NCBI GenBank assembly: GCA_963740315.1
Contig: CAVUDP010000001.1
Span: forward strand, 1,344,001 to 1,408,000
Origin: an uncultured cyanobacterium
GTDB lineage: Bacteria; Cyanobacteriota; Cyanobacteriia; Cyanobacteriales; Nostocaceae
Direction: 5' to 3'
Length of the DNA stretch: 64,000 bases
In this document: positions 49,514 through 59,449 of the stretch, in pieces
How the letters are laid out: every line of letters starts with the position of its first letter
How positions within the stretch are numbered: the stretch's first letter is position 1
The notes under the pieces: generated by a model
The model's database searches: none
Told to the model about the DNA's origin: nothing
What the model saw: the letters and a program-made list of their open reading frames with translations, nothing else
Translations under genes and position numbers: made by a program

Positions 49514-50425
49514 GAGGATGTTTTAAAAGTGGGGGGCTGTTGTAAGAAAGCTCACAAGGCTTAAGCTGAAATTGAAGACATCAGCACCTTGCGAGCAATG
49601 ACTAAAACATATCCTAACAATTTGACGTGGGAGCAGTGGGAATTAATTGCCGATCTATTCCCTGAGACAAAACTAAGTGGACGACCGAGAAAAGTATCCA
49701 TTTATGCAGTTTTAAATGCAATTATGTACGTACTTTGCCAAGGATGTACATGGCGAGCATTGCCCGCAGATTTTCCAGCTTGGCAAACAGTTTATGGGTA
49801 TTTTCGCAGATGGCAGAAAGATGGTACATGGCTTACGGTACATGACAAACTCTACCAATGGGTTAGGGTTGCGGCAGACCGTCAACCAAATCCTTCGGAG
49901 GCTGCTGTTGACAGTCAATCAGTAGAAACAGCAACTATGATATCTCAGGAAGTTGGTTATGACGCTGGTAAAAAGATACATGGACGTAAACGACATCTAA
50001 CTGTAGATTTACTGGGGCTTGTCTTACGAGTTTTGGTAACATCCGCTTCAATTCCAGAGCGTCAAGGAGCTAAGAAAGTCCTCAAGCAAGTTCATGATAT
50101 GGGGAGCGATCGCGTAAATCGATTACATACGATTTGGATGGATGGGGGATATCGGGGAGATGATTTTATGCATTGGGTAATGGATATGTTTCGGTGGATT
50201 GTGGAAATTGTGCTTAGATCGTTAGAGAAGAAGGGTTTTGTCCATTTACCTAAGCGTTGGGTTGTAGAGCGAACTTTTGGTTGGCTTAATTGGTGTCGGC
50301 GTTTAAGTAAAGATTACGAACGGCTACCAGAAACCTCGGAGACTTTTATCTATATTGCGATGATACGTATCATGGTTCGACGACTCGCATGATTTTTAAC
50401 TTGCTTCGACTTTTAAAACATCCTC
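49514..50425 (+). mobile_element. IS5-family insertion sequence (IS1031 group), 912 bp
   Basis: Perfect 17-bp TIRs GAGGATGTTTTAAAAGT / ACTTTTAAAACATCCTC, flanked by TAA direct repeats (49511-13, 50426-28). Confidence 0.95.
49598..50392 (+). CDS. IS5-family DDE transposase
   Basis: YPNNLT..QW, GCTWRALP.DFP.WQTVY.YF..W, DSQS, GYDAGKKIHGRKRH, DGGY, RWVVERTFGW. Confidence 0.95.
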   Translation: MTKTYPNNLTWEQWELIADLFPETKLSGRPRKVSIYAVLNAIMYVLCQGCTWRALPADFPAWQTVYGYFRRWQKDGTWLTVHDKLYQWVRVAADRQPNPSEAAVDSQSVETATMISQEVGYDAGKKIHGRKRHLTVDLLGLVLRVLVTSASIPERQGAKKVLKQVHDMGSDRVNRLHTIWMDGGYRGDDFMHWVMDMFRWIVEIVLRSLEKKGFVHLPKRWVVERTFGWLNWCRRLSKDYERLPETSETFIYIAMIRIMVRRLA

Positions 50426-50540
50426 TAAGGGTACAAAGAGCCATACCGCTCCCAATATGGTTCCCACTATCACTAAAACTAATCCTACTAATGCTTGCAT
50501 ATAATTAGTATAAGTACTTAGGCAAAATTAATTGTGCATT

Positions 50541-50673
50541 TGTCATTGCGAGTGGAACGAAGTGAAACGAAGTGAAACGAAGCATTCACCCGTAGGGTGC
50601 GGTTCATCGCAAGACCTTGAGAAAGATCCGCTGTCGCATGTCCTATCGGACACGCTGCGCTAACGCAATGACA
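50541..50673. repeat. Nested palindromic dispersed repeat
   Basis: TGTCATTGCG...CGCAATGACA termini, internal (GAAACGAAGT)n and small hairpins. Confidence 0.65.
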
Positions 50674-51474
50674 CAAATAATGAAGGCACACCCACTTATG
50701 TGTGAGATTAGAACTACTTAATAGCAACTTTAAAATCAGTTTAAATCAATATAGCACCATTTAAATTTGTACCGTTAACTCCCGCGATCGCGATTATGAA
50801 AGCATCACTTTCGCCAAAATTTCTGTAATTCAAAACTTTTCCTTACGTCTCATCCTTTGGATAAACCGCTTAATTCCCTGAAATTACGATTGCTTTCTAA
50901 AATCAAAAGGCGATCGCATAATTAACCGGCGTTGGCGGACGTTTTACATTTATTCACGATAATTTACAAGAACATTTCGCTCGGATGTGAAATCAAATTC
51001 ACCTAGTTACTAAAAGACCTCACCCTCGCTTTACCTGCGGTAAATCTTTCCCTCTCCTTACTAAGGAAAGGGATGTCCGGCTCTGACAGGGTGAGGTTTC
51101 TTCAAGAAATACTAAAATATAATTTCCAGTCCAGATTGTGTACATCTTTATCATTAAATAAGGTGCGTTACGCTACGCGGTAACACACCCTACAGTTGAA
51201 TTCCAAGTAAACGATCGCACAATTTAATTTCAAATACTTATTACTTTAGTCATAAATCCGAATTAATTAATATAACACCCCTGCGATATACAATTATTTA
51301 TTTGTAAAATATAAATAGGTCAAAGTAGATTAATTTCAAAAGACCTATATCTTGCATTATTTTGGAAAAATGATTTTATATTTCAATTTATTTTGCTAGT
51401 AAGACTACCGCGAGCAGAAAATGCAAGATATCAAAAGACAATTTCCCAACAAGTTATCAACAACAGGTGTAAAG

Positions 51475-51864
51475 ATGAATAAATTTTTAAAACGTGCATT
51501 ATTACCCCTATTATTAGCAACAGGTATATTTAGCGCCACTTTTATACCAGCAAAACCCGCTGCTGCTAACGACAAATTACTAGAAGATGTAGGAATTGGC
51601 GCTGCTGCTGGTGCAATTACCGGAATTATTACCAACAACGATTCAGTTCTCACCAACGCTGTAAATGGTGCTGCTGCGGGTGCGACTGTTAATGCTGGTA
51701 ATAGCGGTAGAAACAAAAGAAATCGTAACCTGATTCAAGATATCGGACTCGGTGCGGCAGGTGGTACCGTAGCAGGCGAAATTACCAACCGTCGAGGCAC
51801 TGTAAGTAACACTATTAACGGTGCTGCTGCTGGTGCGGCAATTCATATTATTAAAGGCAAGTAA
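51475..51864 (+). CDS. Secreted glycine-zipper-like repeat protein
   Basis: Signal peptide ending PAAA; two repeats of D(V/I)G(I/L)GAA.G...G.ITN......N..NGAAAGA. Confidence 0.7.
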   Translation: MNKFLKRALLPLLLATGIFSATFIPAKPAAANDKLLEDVGIGAAAGAITGIITNNDSVLTNAVNGAAAGATVNAGNSGRNKRNRNLIQDIGLGAAGGTVAGEITNRRGTVSNTINGAAAGAAIHIIKGK

Positions 51865-52100
51865 ATCAGTTAACAGTGAGCAGTTATCAGTTACCAGTGA
51901 AAGGCGATCGGCAAGTAATGAAGATTGGAAAAAATAGAGTACGAATAGAAAACAACAAATAATTACAAAACTGGTTGTACTAGTCACTGAAAATTAGTAT
52001 TTGGTAACTGCTCGCCGTAATTCATATCTTGCATCTTACTAATAGTCTGTGCCATTAATTTTGCTGGGTAATAAAGGTTATTTGTAGCGCTGTCTTCGCA

Positions 52101-52334
52101 TCATATTAAGGAATCTCTAGTTTTTTGATTGACTTGAGATGCTGCAAAACCTTCTGACTCTAGCTTACTTTTAACAAGCAAAGCTAATTTATCGGGAGTG
52201 TTATTTGTATCTTTACCGAATATTTTTTCTACTTCGGAAGTTGCTGCAAACTCCTTTTCTTCCGTCCAACCAAGTTGAGCATAAAGTTGGCGGAATGTAG
52301 CATCAAATGCTTGTTCTTCAGGTTTAGACTTTTC
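52101..52334 (-). pseudogene. Start-less coding-like fragment
   Basis: 77 open codons EKSKPEEQAFDATFRQLYAQLGW...KLESEGF..., bounded by stops; parent gene not recognised. Confidence 0.35.
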
Positions 52335-52379
52335 TTAGCGATCGCAAATCATGTTAAATTGCGACAAATCATAATTTAA

Positions 52380-53810
52380 TTAATAAGCGCCGGTTTTTTG
52401 CAGTAAAACTCTGAAAGTTTGCAGAAAAATGTTTAAATCAAGTAATATCGACCAATTTTCAATGTAGTTCATATCTAATCTAATTACATCATCAAAATTA
52501 TCAATATTAGAACGTCCAGAAACCTGCCATAATCCAGTAATACCGGGGAGAACTTCTTGACGAATAAAATGCTTGGTTTCAAACTTCTCGACATCGCGCA
52601 TTGGTAAAGGTCGAGGTCCAATTAAGCTCATGTCACCAACTAAAACGTTGAAGAATTGTGGTAATTCATCCAAACTATAACGGCGTAAAAATTGACCTAC
52701 TCTCGTTACTCTTGGGTCATTTTTCATTTTGAAAATCACGCCGTCTTTTATTTCATTCTTAGCTTCTAAAGTAGCTTGAATTTTTTCTGCATCAGCAATC
52801 ATTGTTCGGAATTTCCAAATAAAAAACTCTTTACCATGCAAACCAATACGTTTTTGACGGAAAAATATTGGTCCTGGAGAATCTAGTTTAATTAGTACTG
52901 CAATAGATATATATACGGGTGCAAGCAGAATAATTAAAAGTAGAGAAAAGCTAAAGTCAAACAACCGTTTTACCCAGAAATTAACCCCAGCAAAAATGGG
53001 CGCTGCAATTGTTGGGAAAGGTAATCCTCCAATTAAACTAAACCGAGATGTGGAGAAAGGAAGTCTATTTTCTGTGGGTAAGATATGTACGGTAATTCCC
53101 GCATTATAGAAATGCCAACAAAGAAAAGAGCGATTTTTGATCGAATCCCAAGAAATAAAAACTTCTTCTACATTTTGACTGCGTAGAGATAGGAAAGTGT
53201 TTTCTCTGTTTGCCCAATCTAAACAGCTAGAGTCGGCAAAACCTCGCACTGTATAACAATCATCTTTTTCAATAATTTTCATCAGTTGCTCTTTTTGTTG
53301 AGCATCTGCGATCGCAAAAATCGAATGGCGGATTATACCTTTTTGACGAAGAAAATTAGTCGATAAATCGAATAAAAATCTGATAGTACAAATACCAGCA
53401 ATACATACAAACCAATATTGTAGATAGGTGGAGCGAGGAATATAGGTAGTTGGCTCGTAAGCATAGGCGATAAATGATAGCAGTATTGATGATAAAGACA
53501 CTGCTTTAATAATACTTACATAATCGCGACGATGTACCCCTGCTCGATAAACACCAATGGTGGTAAGAATAGCAACTTGAACCCCTAAACTTAATAATAA
53601 AAATGGTAGGTTTTTTGTCCATTCAGACTGTAAGGGAGAAGCATGACTAATAGCTAAATCCCAAGCGATACCCAAAGAGAAAATATCGAGACAAATTAGT
53701 ATAGTTACACGCAGCAATCGGATAAAAATTCCTCGCTGTATAGTTGCGCTTTTCGCCGAACGTAAATCGGGCTTCAACCCATCTATCACCACATTACTAT
53801 AAGACATCAT
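52380..53810 (-). CDS. Initiating sugar transferase (WcaJ/CpsE-type phosphoglycosyltransferase)
   Basis: KRLFD, DSPGPIFFRQKRIG, KFRTM, DPRVTRVG.FLRRYSLDELPQ, GPRP, PGITGLWQVSGR. Confidence 0.93.
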   Translation of the reverse strand: MMSYSNVVIDGLKPDLRSAKSATIQRGIFIRLLRVTILICLDIFSLGIAWDLAISHASPLQSEWTKNLPFLLLSLGVQVAILTTIGVYRAGVHRRDYVSIIKAVSLSSILLSFIAYAYEPTTYIPRSTYLQYWFVCIAGICTIRFLFDLSTNFLRQKGIIRHSIFAIADAQQKEQLMKIIEKDDCYTVRGFADSSCLDWANRENTFLSLRSQNVEEVFISWDSIKNRSFLCWHFYNAGITVHILPTENRLPFSTSRFSLIGGLPFPTIAAPIFAGVNFWVKRLFDFSFSLLLIILLAPVYISIAVLIKLDSPGPIFFRQKRIGLHGKEFFIWKFRTMIADAEKIQATLEAKNEIKDGVIFKMKNDPRVTRVGQFLRRYSLDELPQFFNVLVGDMSLIGPRPLPMRDVEKFETKHFIRQEVLPGITGLWQVSGRSNIDNFDDVIRLDMNYIENWSILLDLNIFLQTFRVLLQKTGAY

Positions 53811-53886
53811 AGCGAAACCTCTTAATTAATAGAAAATCTTGATGAAATACTGAAAATAATCGCAAATCAGATTAACTCCCAGAGTT

Positions 53887-54678
53887 TTAGCTTTTAGCTG
53901 CAACTTTTTTATTTGTGCGATCGCAAATACCCCAATATTCTTGAATTAATAATTTACCGATAAACCAAGGTTGAACTAAGTAACGCTTCCATAATCTTTT
54001 TGGCTCGCTAAATAAACGATAAGACCATTCCAAACCCATTGTGCCCATCCATCTTGGTGGAGTAGGAACGACACCTGCAACATAATCGATACAAGCTCCG
54101 CTAGGCAAAATTACATTAGTCTGAAGCTGTTCGAGATTATCGAGAATCCAATGTTCTTGGCGTGGCATACTCATTCCTACCATCAAAATATGAGGTTGGA
54201 AAGCATTGATTGCAGCGATGGTGTGTTGATTTTCTTTACTTTCTTTATGCGCGTCAATATAACCATGAGCGCAAGCAATTTTTAAATCGGGGTATTTTTG
54301 GCGCAAAATATCTGCTCCTTTCTCTGCAACCCCTGGTTTGGAACCTAAATAAAATATTCGCCAACCCTTAGTAGCTGCTTCTTCCATCAATGGATATACC
54401 CAGTCGGCATAGGTAACTCTATGTTCTCGCTCGATGGAATAACCTCGCAGTTTGCCAATAAGTACTAAAGGCATACCATCAATATGTACATAATCGGCTT
54501 TCTCGTAGAATGCACGCATGATCGGATCGTGATGGTAAATATACAGACTATGTAAATTGTGATTGGCAATAATCCATTTTTGCTGCTCTTGAATAGACTC
54601 TGCAACTAAACCGTTCAACTGGGAAATGTCTAATGCATCGACTTCAACGCCAAGAAACTTTAATGGGGAACGATTCAT
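53887..54678 (-). CDS. WecB/TagA/CpsF family glycosyltransferase (GT26)
   Basis: DGMP, RVT, IFYLGS, VGMSMPRQE.W, P.WM...GLEW.YRL..EPKRL. Confidence 0.92.
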   Translation of the reverse strand: MNRSPLKFLGVEVDALDISQLNGLVAESIQEQQKWIIANHNLHSLYIYHHDPIMRAFYEKADYVHIDGMPLVLIGKLRGYSIEREHRVTYADWVYPLMEEAATKGWRIFYLGSKPGVAEKGADILRQKYPDLKIACAHGYIDAHKESKENQHTIAAINAFQPHILMVGMSMPRQEHWILDNLEQLQTNVILPSGACIDYVAGVVPTPPRWMGTMGLEWSYRLFSEPKRLWKRYLVQPWFIGKLLIQEYWGICDRTNKKVAAKS

Positions 54679-54693
54679 AATTGGTTTAAGAAG

Positions 54694-55845
54694 TTAAGAA
54701 TTACTTGCAGCTAACAGAACATTTGCGATCGATTGCGCCCTAGCTTTCCAAGAATATTTTTCTTTAATTAACTTGTATGCAGCTTGAGCAAGCGGTTGAT
54801 ATTTTGCTTCATTTAAAGCAGCATTTAATATGGTTTGAGCAATATCTTCGGTAGAGTAACTTGTGACTAAAAGATGTTGGCGATGATGAAATTCTTCTAA
54901 ACCGCGCAATCCTTCAGGTGTGGAAATCACTAATTTTTGACTGGCGAAATAATCAAGGGCTTTGTTACGCGCTCCTCCTGCTACTGCTTGTTTGGAAAAT
55001 GGTAATAAAGCAATATCTGCATACTTAATATGGGAGATAAAATCATTTCTACTGGGCAAGAAACCCGTAAAATAAATATTAGATGGTAGTTCTTCTTCTA
55101 TATCATCTTTATTGCGACCAATTACGACAAAATTAACTTTTTGTTGGCTATTTTCTAGCTTTTTAGCAATATCGATAGTCATAGATACCGACATATCATT
55201 AGTAGGAAATCCATAGGTTTTAGGCGCTACAACAACTACAACTTTGGATGGTCGTAATTCCTGATAAGGATCGGTATCATTTAAGAAATGACTATTTAAT
55301 AAATCTTCTGTAACTCCATTTCCTATACAGCAAATTTGTTGGGGAGTTTTTCTATACCATTCAGAAATTAACTTAGGAGTAGACTCGCCAGCAGCAATAA
55401 TGGGTGTACCTGAAAATACAAGGATTCCTTGAGCAATATAGGTTTTAATACATTGGCTTAACTCTTGAAACCTATCATTAACTGAAGACAAACGGCTCCA
55501 ATATTCATAAGCAGAAAAAGTATGAAAATCTAATACCAGAGGGCAATTTTTAGTTTTTTTCAGTTTAAGAGCAGTAAGTGCGGCTAAACTTGGACGTGTT
55601 TCTTGAGCATATATAATATCTGGACGAAATTCATCAATACAGTTTTTTATCGATTTAATATACGACTTAAGACTTCTAGAACCCACAGAAATTGAACGGG
55701 TGTAATCTACAGATGAACAATCTATTCCTAATTGACAAACATCAAAATGCTCTGTCAGATATTGTCCAAGATAAAAAGGTCTTGTGAAAGCACCAAAAGG
55801 TTCGCTAGAATCTAGCTGCGAGACAATTAATAAACGCTTACCCAT
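54694..55845 (-). CDS. Glycosyltransferase family 4-like
   Basis: RPDIIY, GNGV, FTGF, ADIALLP..GARNKALDY..G, YSW. Confidence 0.8.
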   Translation of the reverse strand: MGKRLLIVSQLDSSEPFGAFTRPFYLGQYLTEHFDVCQLGIDCSSVDYTRSISVGSRSLKSYIKSIKNCIDEFRPDIIYAQETRPSLAALTALKLKKTKNCPLVLDFHTFSAYEYWSRLSSVNDRFQELSQCIKTYIAQGILVFSGTPIIAAGESTPKLISEWYRKTPQQICCIGNGVTEDLLNSHFLNDTDPYQELRPSKVVVVVAPKTYGFPTNDMSVSMTIDIAKKLENSQQKVNFVVIGRNKDDIEEELPSNIYFTGFLPSRNDFISHIKYADIALLPFSKQAVAGGARNKALDYFASQKLVISTPEGLRGLEEFHHRQHLLVTSYSTEDIAQTILNAALNEAKYQPLAQAAYKLIKEKYSWKARAQSIANVLLAASNS

Positions 55846-55973
55846 AAATTAATAAGGTTAAAGGTTAAAGTAATAAGGTTAAAGGTAAGATTAAAGTTTA
55901 AAAGTATTAAACTTCCTAACAACGAATAAATATTCATCTCTGTGGATGGGTTTTTATTCTTACCTTTTAGCTA

Positions 55974-56879
55974 TTAGAGGGATGAATTATTTTGTGGTAT
56001 TTCTTCAGCAAAAGTTGGAGATGCAGCCAAATTTTTGTAACCGATAACTGCGCGAATATAAGGTAATAACCAGTAAATCATCCAAAATGGGCCGGAATGT
56101 CGGGAGCAAAATGTAGTCCAAGGTTTAAGAGGAAATCCTTTAACTTGTAGTATTTTTCGCAAGCGTTGTTGCATTGGTAAATTGGTATCAGCCCAGCTAT
56201 TACGAATAGAATTTTTACTACAGGTACCGACATATCCCGGTGCAATCCAAATAGAGCAGCCTAATTTACGCGCTCTCAGAGCATAATCCAAGTCTCCTAA
56301 ACTATGAATAAATGCTGCATCGATATTGCCAACTTTTGCGACAACATTATGAGGAATTAGCACGCAGTTACCAAACATGGCATCGCATTGCTGTATAAAT
56401 TGAGTAGGTTCTAAAAATTCAAATTTGTTTGAATACCATTTTTTAGATTTAACTGCACCTCCATAGGTGGGTTTTCCAGTAATTGGATTTTGAGTAGTAC
56501 CCACCACAATCGAGTTTTCACAATTTTGTTCGCTTAAACAAAGTTGAATGTTCAACAATTTATCTAAGGTATTAGTTTCTAAAAAGGTGTCGTCATTCAA
56601 CCAAAGATAATAATTGTAGGAATTTTTAATTGCTTCTGCGAATGCTAAACGCATTCCTCCTACCCAGAATAAATTACCGTCACCTTGGAGAATTTTTACT
56701 TGTGGAAATTCTGCTTGAATTGCTTTTGCGGTACCATCGGAACTACCATCATCTGTTAAGTAAACATCGAAATTACGTGTTTGCTGTTGTAATGCACGCA
56801 GACAAGCAAGAGTTGTATCGCGTCTGTTAAAACAGGTCATGATGACCGCTATTTGTGCTTTGTTCATTCTACTTTTCAT
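55974..56879 (-). CDS. Glycosyltransferase family 2
   Basis: TCFNRR, DDGSSDGT, GNLFWVGGM, WLNDD, GNCVL, GDLDY. Confidence 0.9.
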   Translation of the reverse strand: MKSRMNKAQIAVIMTCFNRRDTTLACLRALQQQTRNFDVYLTDDGSSDGTAKAIQAEFPQVKILQGDGNLFWVGGMRLAFAEAIKNSYNYYLWLNDDTFLETNTLDKLLNIQLCLSEQNCENSIVVGTTQNPITGKPTYGGAVKSKKWYSNKFEFLEPTQFIQQCDAMFGNCVLIPHNVVAKVGNIDAAFIHSLGDLDYALRARKLGCSIWIAPGYVGTCSKNSIRNSWADTNLPMQQRLRKILQVKGFPLKPWTTFCSRHSGPFWMIYWLLPYIRAVIGYKNLAASPTFAEEIPQNNSSL

Positions 56880-56946
56880 TGATATAAATTGATAGCCTTT
56901 AATGTAAAGTAATCGTGAAAGATAGTTAAAAAAACATTAGGTATGT

Positions 56947-57963
56947 TTAAAGATTTGCTACCCGTTCTATCCAACCGCTTAAGTTGATATTCAAATTAAA
57001 AGTATTGAGTTTTTGTTCAAATTTTCTCACTTTCAACATATGCCGATGCAAAACAGAAGTGCGCGGCATTTGATGAGCAATAACTCTTTTACACAGCCAC
57101 TCATATTTATCAGAATTAATATTGAAATTTTTCAGCCTTTTAATTTGTTTATTCCAGTCATGATAGTAGAATAGATTAAAATAATGCATCGAAATTAAAT
57201 CATCCCAGTGATTTAAACGCCATTGCTTGGATAAGCGATTGTGTAAGGGTAATGGATAGCTATAATTGTCGGAAAAATGCGATACATTTTCTGATAAAGC
57301 GCATAAAGTTACAGATAAAATTGACTGTTCGACAAAATAAATACCCTGGGGAGGAGTAATATCTAAACGCATTACTTTTTCAAAGTTTTCTTTCCAGGAT
57401 GTAAAGATACCTGCATTTCTTCTAACTGCAACTAAACCGGAATTCCAATAAGCTCTCATTTTTTTATTACCAATTGGAGCATTAACAAATACTTCTTGCT
57501 TTACTCCTAGAACTTCATAAAGCTTTTGCCAGTACCATTCGTGGGGGTCGTTACTACCTGTTGAACCGATACCTTGCCCATATTCGGGACGCATCCGCAC
57601 GTTGCAATCTGCTGGTAATAAAAATTCTGTTGGTTCCGCAAAAAAGCATTTGTCACTATCAAGAAAAACTAGAATTTCGGCATCTATATTTTGTTCGGCA
57701 TAAGCACAAGTCAAGGGCTTATTTGCTAAATAGTATTCATGAAATTCTTCGTTGATAGGTAACTGCTGATGAATCACTCCTAATTGTTGAAATGCTTTTT
57801 GGGTTTCGATGGCGATCGCACTACCTGTTCGAGGATGAAAACTATATATTGGTGTATCTTTTAAATTACCGCAAAATTTACGAATGCTTTCTGCAAGCAT
57901 CAACGATTGGGGTTCTAAACGCCCCGGTTCAGTACAAATTATAAAAGCTAGTGGTATTGTCAT
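56947..57963 (-). CDS. Hypothetical GT-A-fold (GT8-like) protein
   Basis: ANKP, VFLDSD, YWNSGLV, EQ..LS, YSYP, HY pattern. Confidence 0.55.
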   Translation of the reverse strand: MTIPLAFIICTEPGRLEPQSLMLAESIRKFCGNLKDTPIYSFHPRTGSAIAIETQKAFQQLGVIHQQLPINEEFHEYYLANKPLTCAYAEQNIDAEILVFLDSDKCFFAEPTEFLLPADCNVRMRPEYGQGIGSTGSNDPHEWYWQKLYEVLGVKQEVFVNAPIGNKKMRAYWNSGLVAVRRNAGIFTSWKENFEKVMRLDITPPQGIYFVEQSILSVTLCALSENVSHFSDNYSYPLPLHNRLSKQWRLNHWDDLISMHYFNLFYYHDWNKQIKRLKNFNINSDKYEWLCKRVIAHQMPRTSVLHRHMLKVRKFEQKLNTFNLNINLSGWIERVANL

Positions 57964-58043
57964 TTGATTTCATTCCTTATTAATAATTGAATGGGAAGTA
58001 GGGGATAGAGAATGGGGAATAGGTAATAGGGAATAGGTACATC

Positions 58044-59375
58044 CTAGACATTAAGATCCCCCCAACCCCCCTTTTTGAAGGGGGGCTTTTTGTAGGTTAT
58101 ATGCGATTTATTACTTTCATAGATTGCTGATTCAAATAATGTAGAATAACGTCTTGCTTGTAGTTCCAAAGTGAATTCTCGTTCTGCTTTTTCCCGCGCA
58201 CGTAAAGATAGTTTTTCGTGTCTTTCGGAATTTTCTAAAACCCAAGCAATCCCTTTCGCAAAATCATCAACATCATAGGGTTGTGCTAAATAGCCACATT
58301 CTTGATGGGAGATAATATCTTTTAAACCAGTGGCGTTAAATGCTACCACGGGAGTTCCACAAGCAAGGGATTCGGAAGCAGTTTGTCCGAAAGACTCTTG
58401 CAAAGATGGTACAAGCATTACATCCGCAGCAGAATAAACAGCAGCTAAAGAAGTATCATCATATAGATGTCCCAAATAATGAGTTTTAAATCCTAATTCC
58501 GGTGGGTTTTCCGGTTGAGCAGCGCCAAAAATTACCACTTCGGTGTTATTGCAGCCAGATTGACTTAATTTTTGTAATGCTGGTTGTAATAGATGAAAAC
58601 CTTTATTTCTATCACTAGTTGCTTCGATAGCTCCAAATAAAATCAGTTTTTTATCTTGAGGTAAGTTGAGGATTTCACGGGCTATTTTTTGATTAATCGG
58701 TCGATATTTATCGGTATTTAATCCATGAGGAATTACTTCTATTCGTGAATTTTTAAATAATGAACTAGATGCAGCACATTCAGCTATCCAATTACTCGGA
58801 GCAATCAAAGTTAGATTAGTTAAATTATTTGAATTAATTAAATGCCATGCTTTCATTTTGCGTTTGTGTACCCAGCGAGATAAATCGCGATCGCGACTAC
58901 TATTAAGTTGAGGGCAAGCACCGCAAGATTGGGTATAGCGTTGACAATCCCCAGCAACGTGACAACCTCCAGTAAATACCCACATATCGTGAAGCGTCCA
59001 CACTAATGGTTGCTTGAGTTTGGCAATAGATTCTATTTGCATAAAAGCTCCACTAATCCAATGCAAATTGATAATATCCGGGTTTATTTTTGCGACTTGA
59101 GGAACAACGCGATCGGGCAACCATTGACTAAAAAATGTAGATTTACTTCTGTGTGGATAAAATTTTAAAGGTAAAGTTTCAAATGTTAGTTTTGTTTTAG
59201 CGATACCTTGAAATAATCGTATTTTTGGCGCAATTACTGTTTTATCGCTACTAGATTTTTCCTGCACCAACATTTGCGAATCTAATCCAATATCTTGTAA
59301 TCCTTTGTGTAAGCGATATGCAGCACGAGCAGCACCACCACTAGTATCATGTGTATTTAGATGTAAAATTTTCAT
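58044..59375 (-). CDS. Glycosyltransferase family 4 (WcaC-like)
   Basis: GGAARAAYRLH, DIINLHW, WTLHDMW.FTGGCH, KGF, ESFGQTASESLACGTPVV. Confidence 0.92.
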   Translation of the reverse strand: MKILHLNTHDTSGGAARAAYRLHKGLQDIGLDSQMLVQEKSSSDKTVIAPKIRLFQGIAKTKLTFETLPLKFYPHRSKSTFFSQWLPDRVVPQVAKINPDIINLHWISGAFMQIESIAKLKQPLVWTLHDMWVFTGGCHVAGDCQRYTQSCGACPQLNSSRDRDLSRWVHKRKMKAWHLINSNNLTNLTLIAPSNWIAECAASSSLFKNSRIEVIPHGLNTDKYRPINQKIAREILNLPQDKKLILFGAIEATSDRNKGFHLLQPALQKLSQSGCNNTEVVIFGAAQPENPPELGFKTHYLGHLYDDTSLAAVYSAADVMLVPSLQESFGQTASESLACGTPVVAFNATGLKDIISHQECGYLAQPYDVDDFAKGIAWVLENSERHEKLSLRAREKAEREFTLELQARRYSTLFESAIYESNKSHITYKKPPFKKGGWGDLNV

Positions 59376-59449
59376 TGATTTGATTATGGGGAGTAGGGAG
59401 TAGGGAATAGGGAGTTGGGAATAGGGAATACAATAAGAATTTTTTTATA

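Noticed and set aside
50518..50727. 69-aa Cys/His-containing ORF
   Set aside because: Lies entirely on a nested dispersed repeat
51405..51987. Minus-strand ORFs of 103 and 114 aa
   Set aside because: Antisense shadows of the glycine-zipper gene, which has a proper signal peptide
58044..58090. C-terminal tail KKPPFKKGGWGDLNV of the GT4 protein
   Set aside because: Read-through into a palindromic dispersed repeat, not a domain
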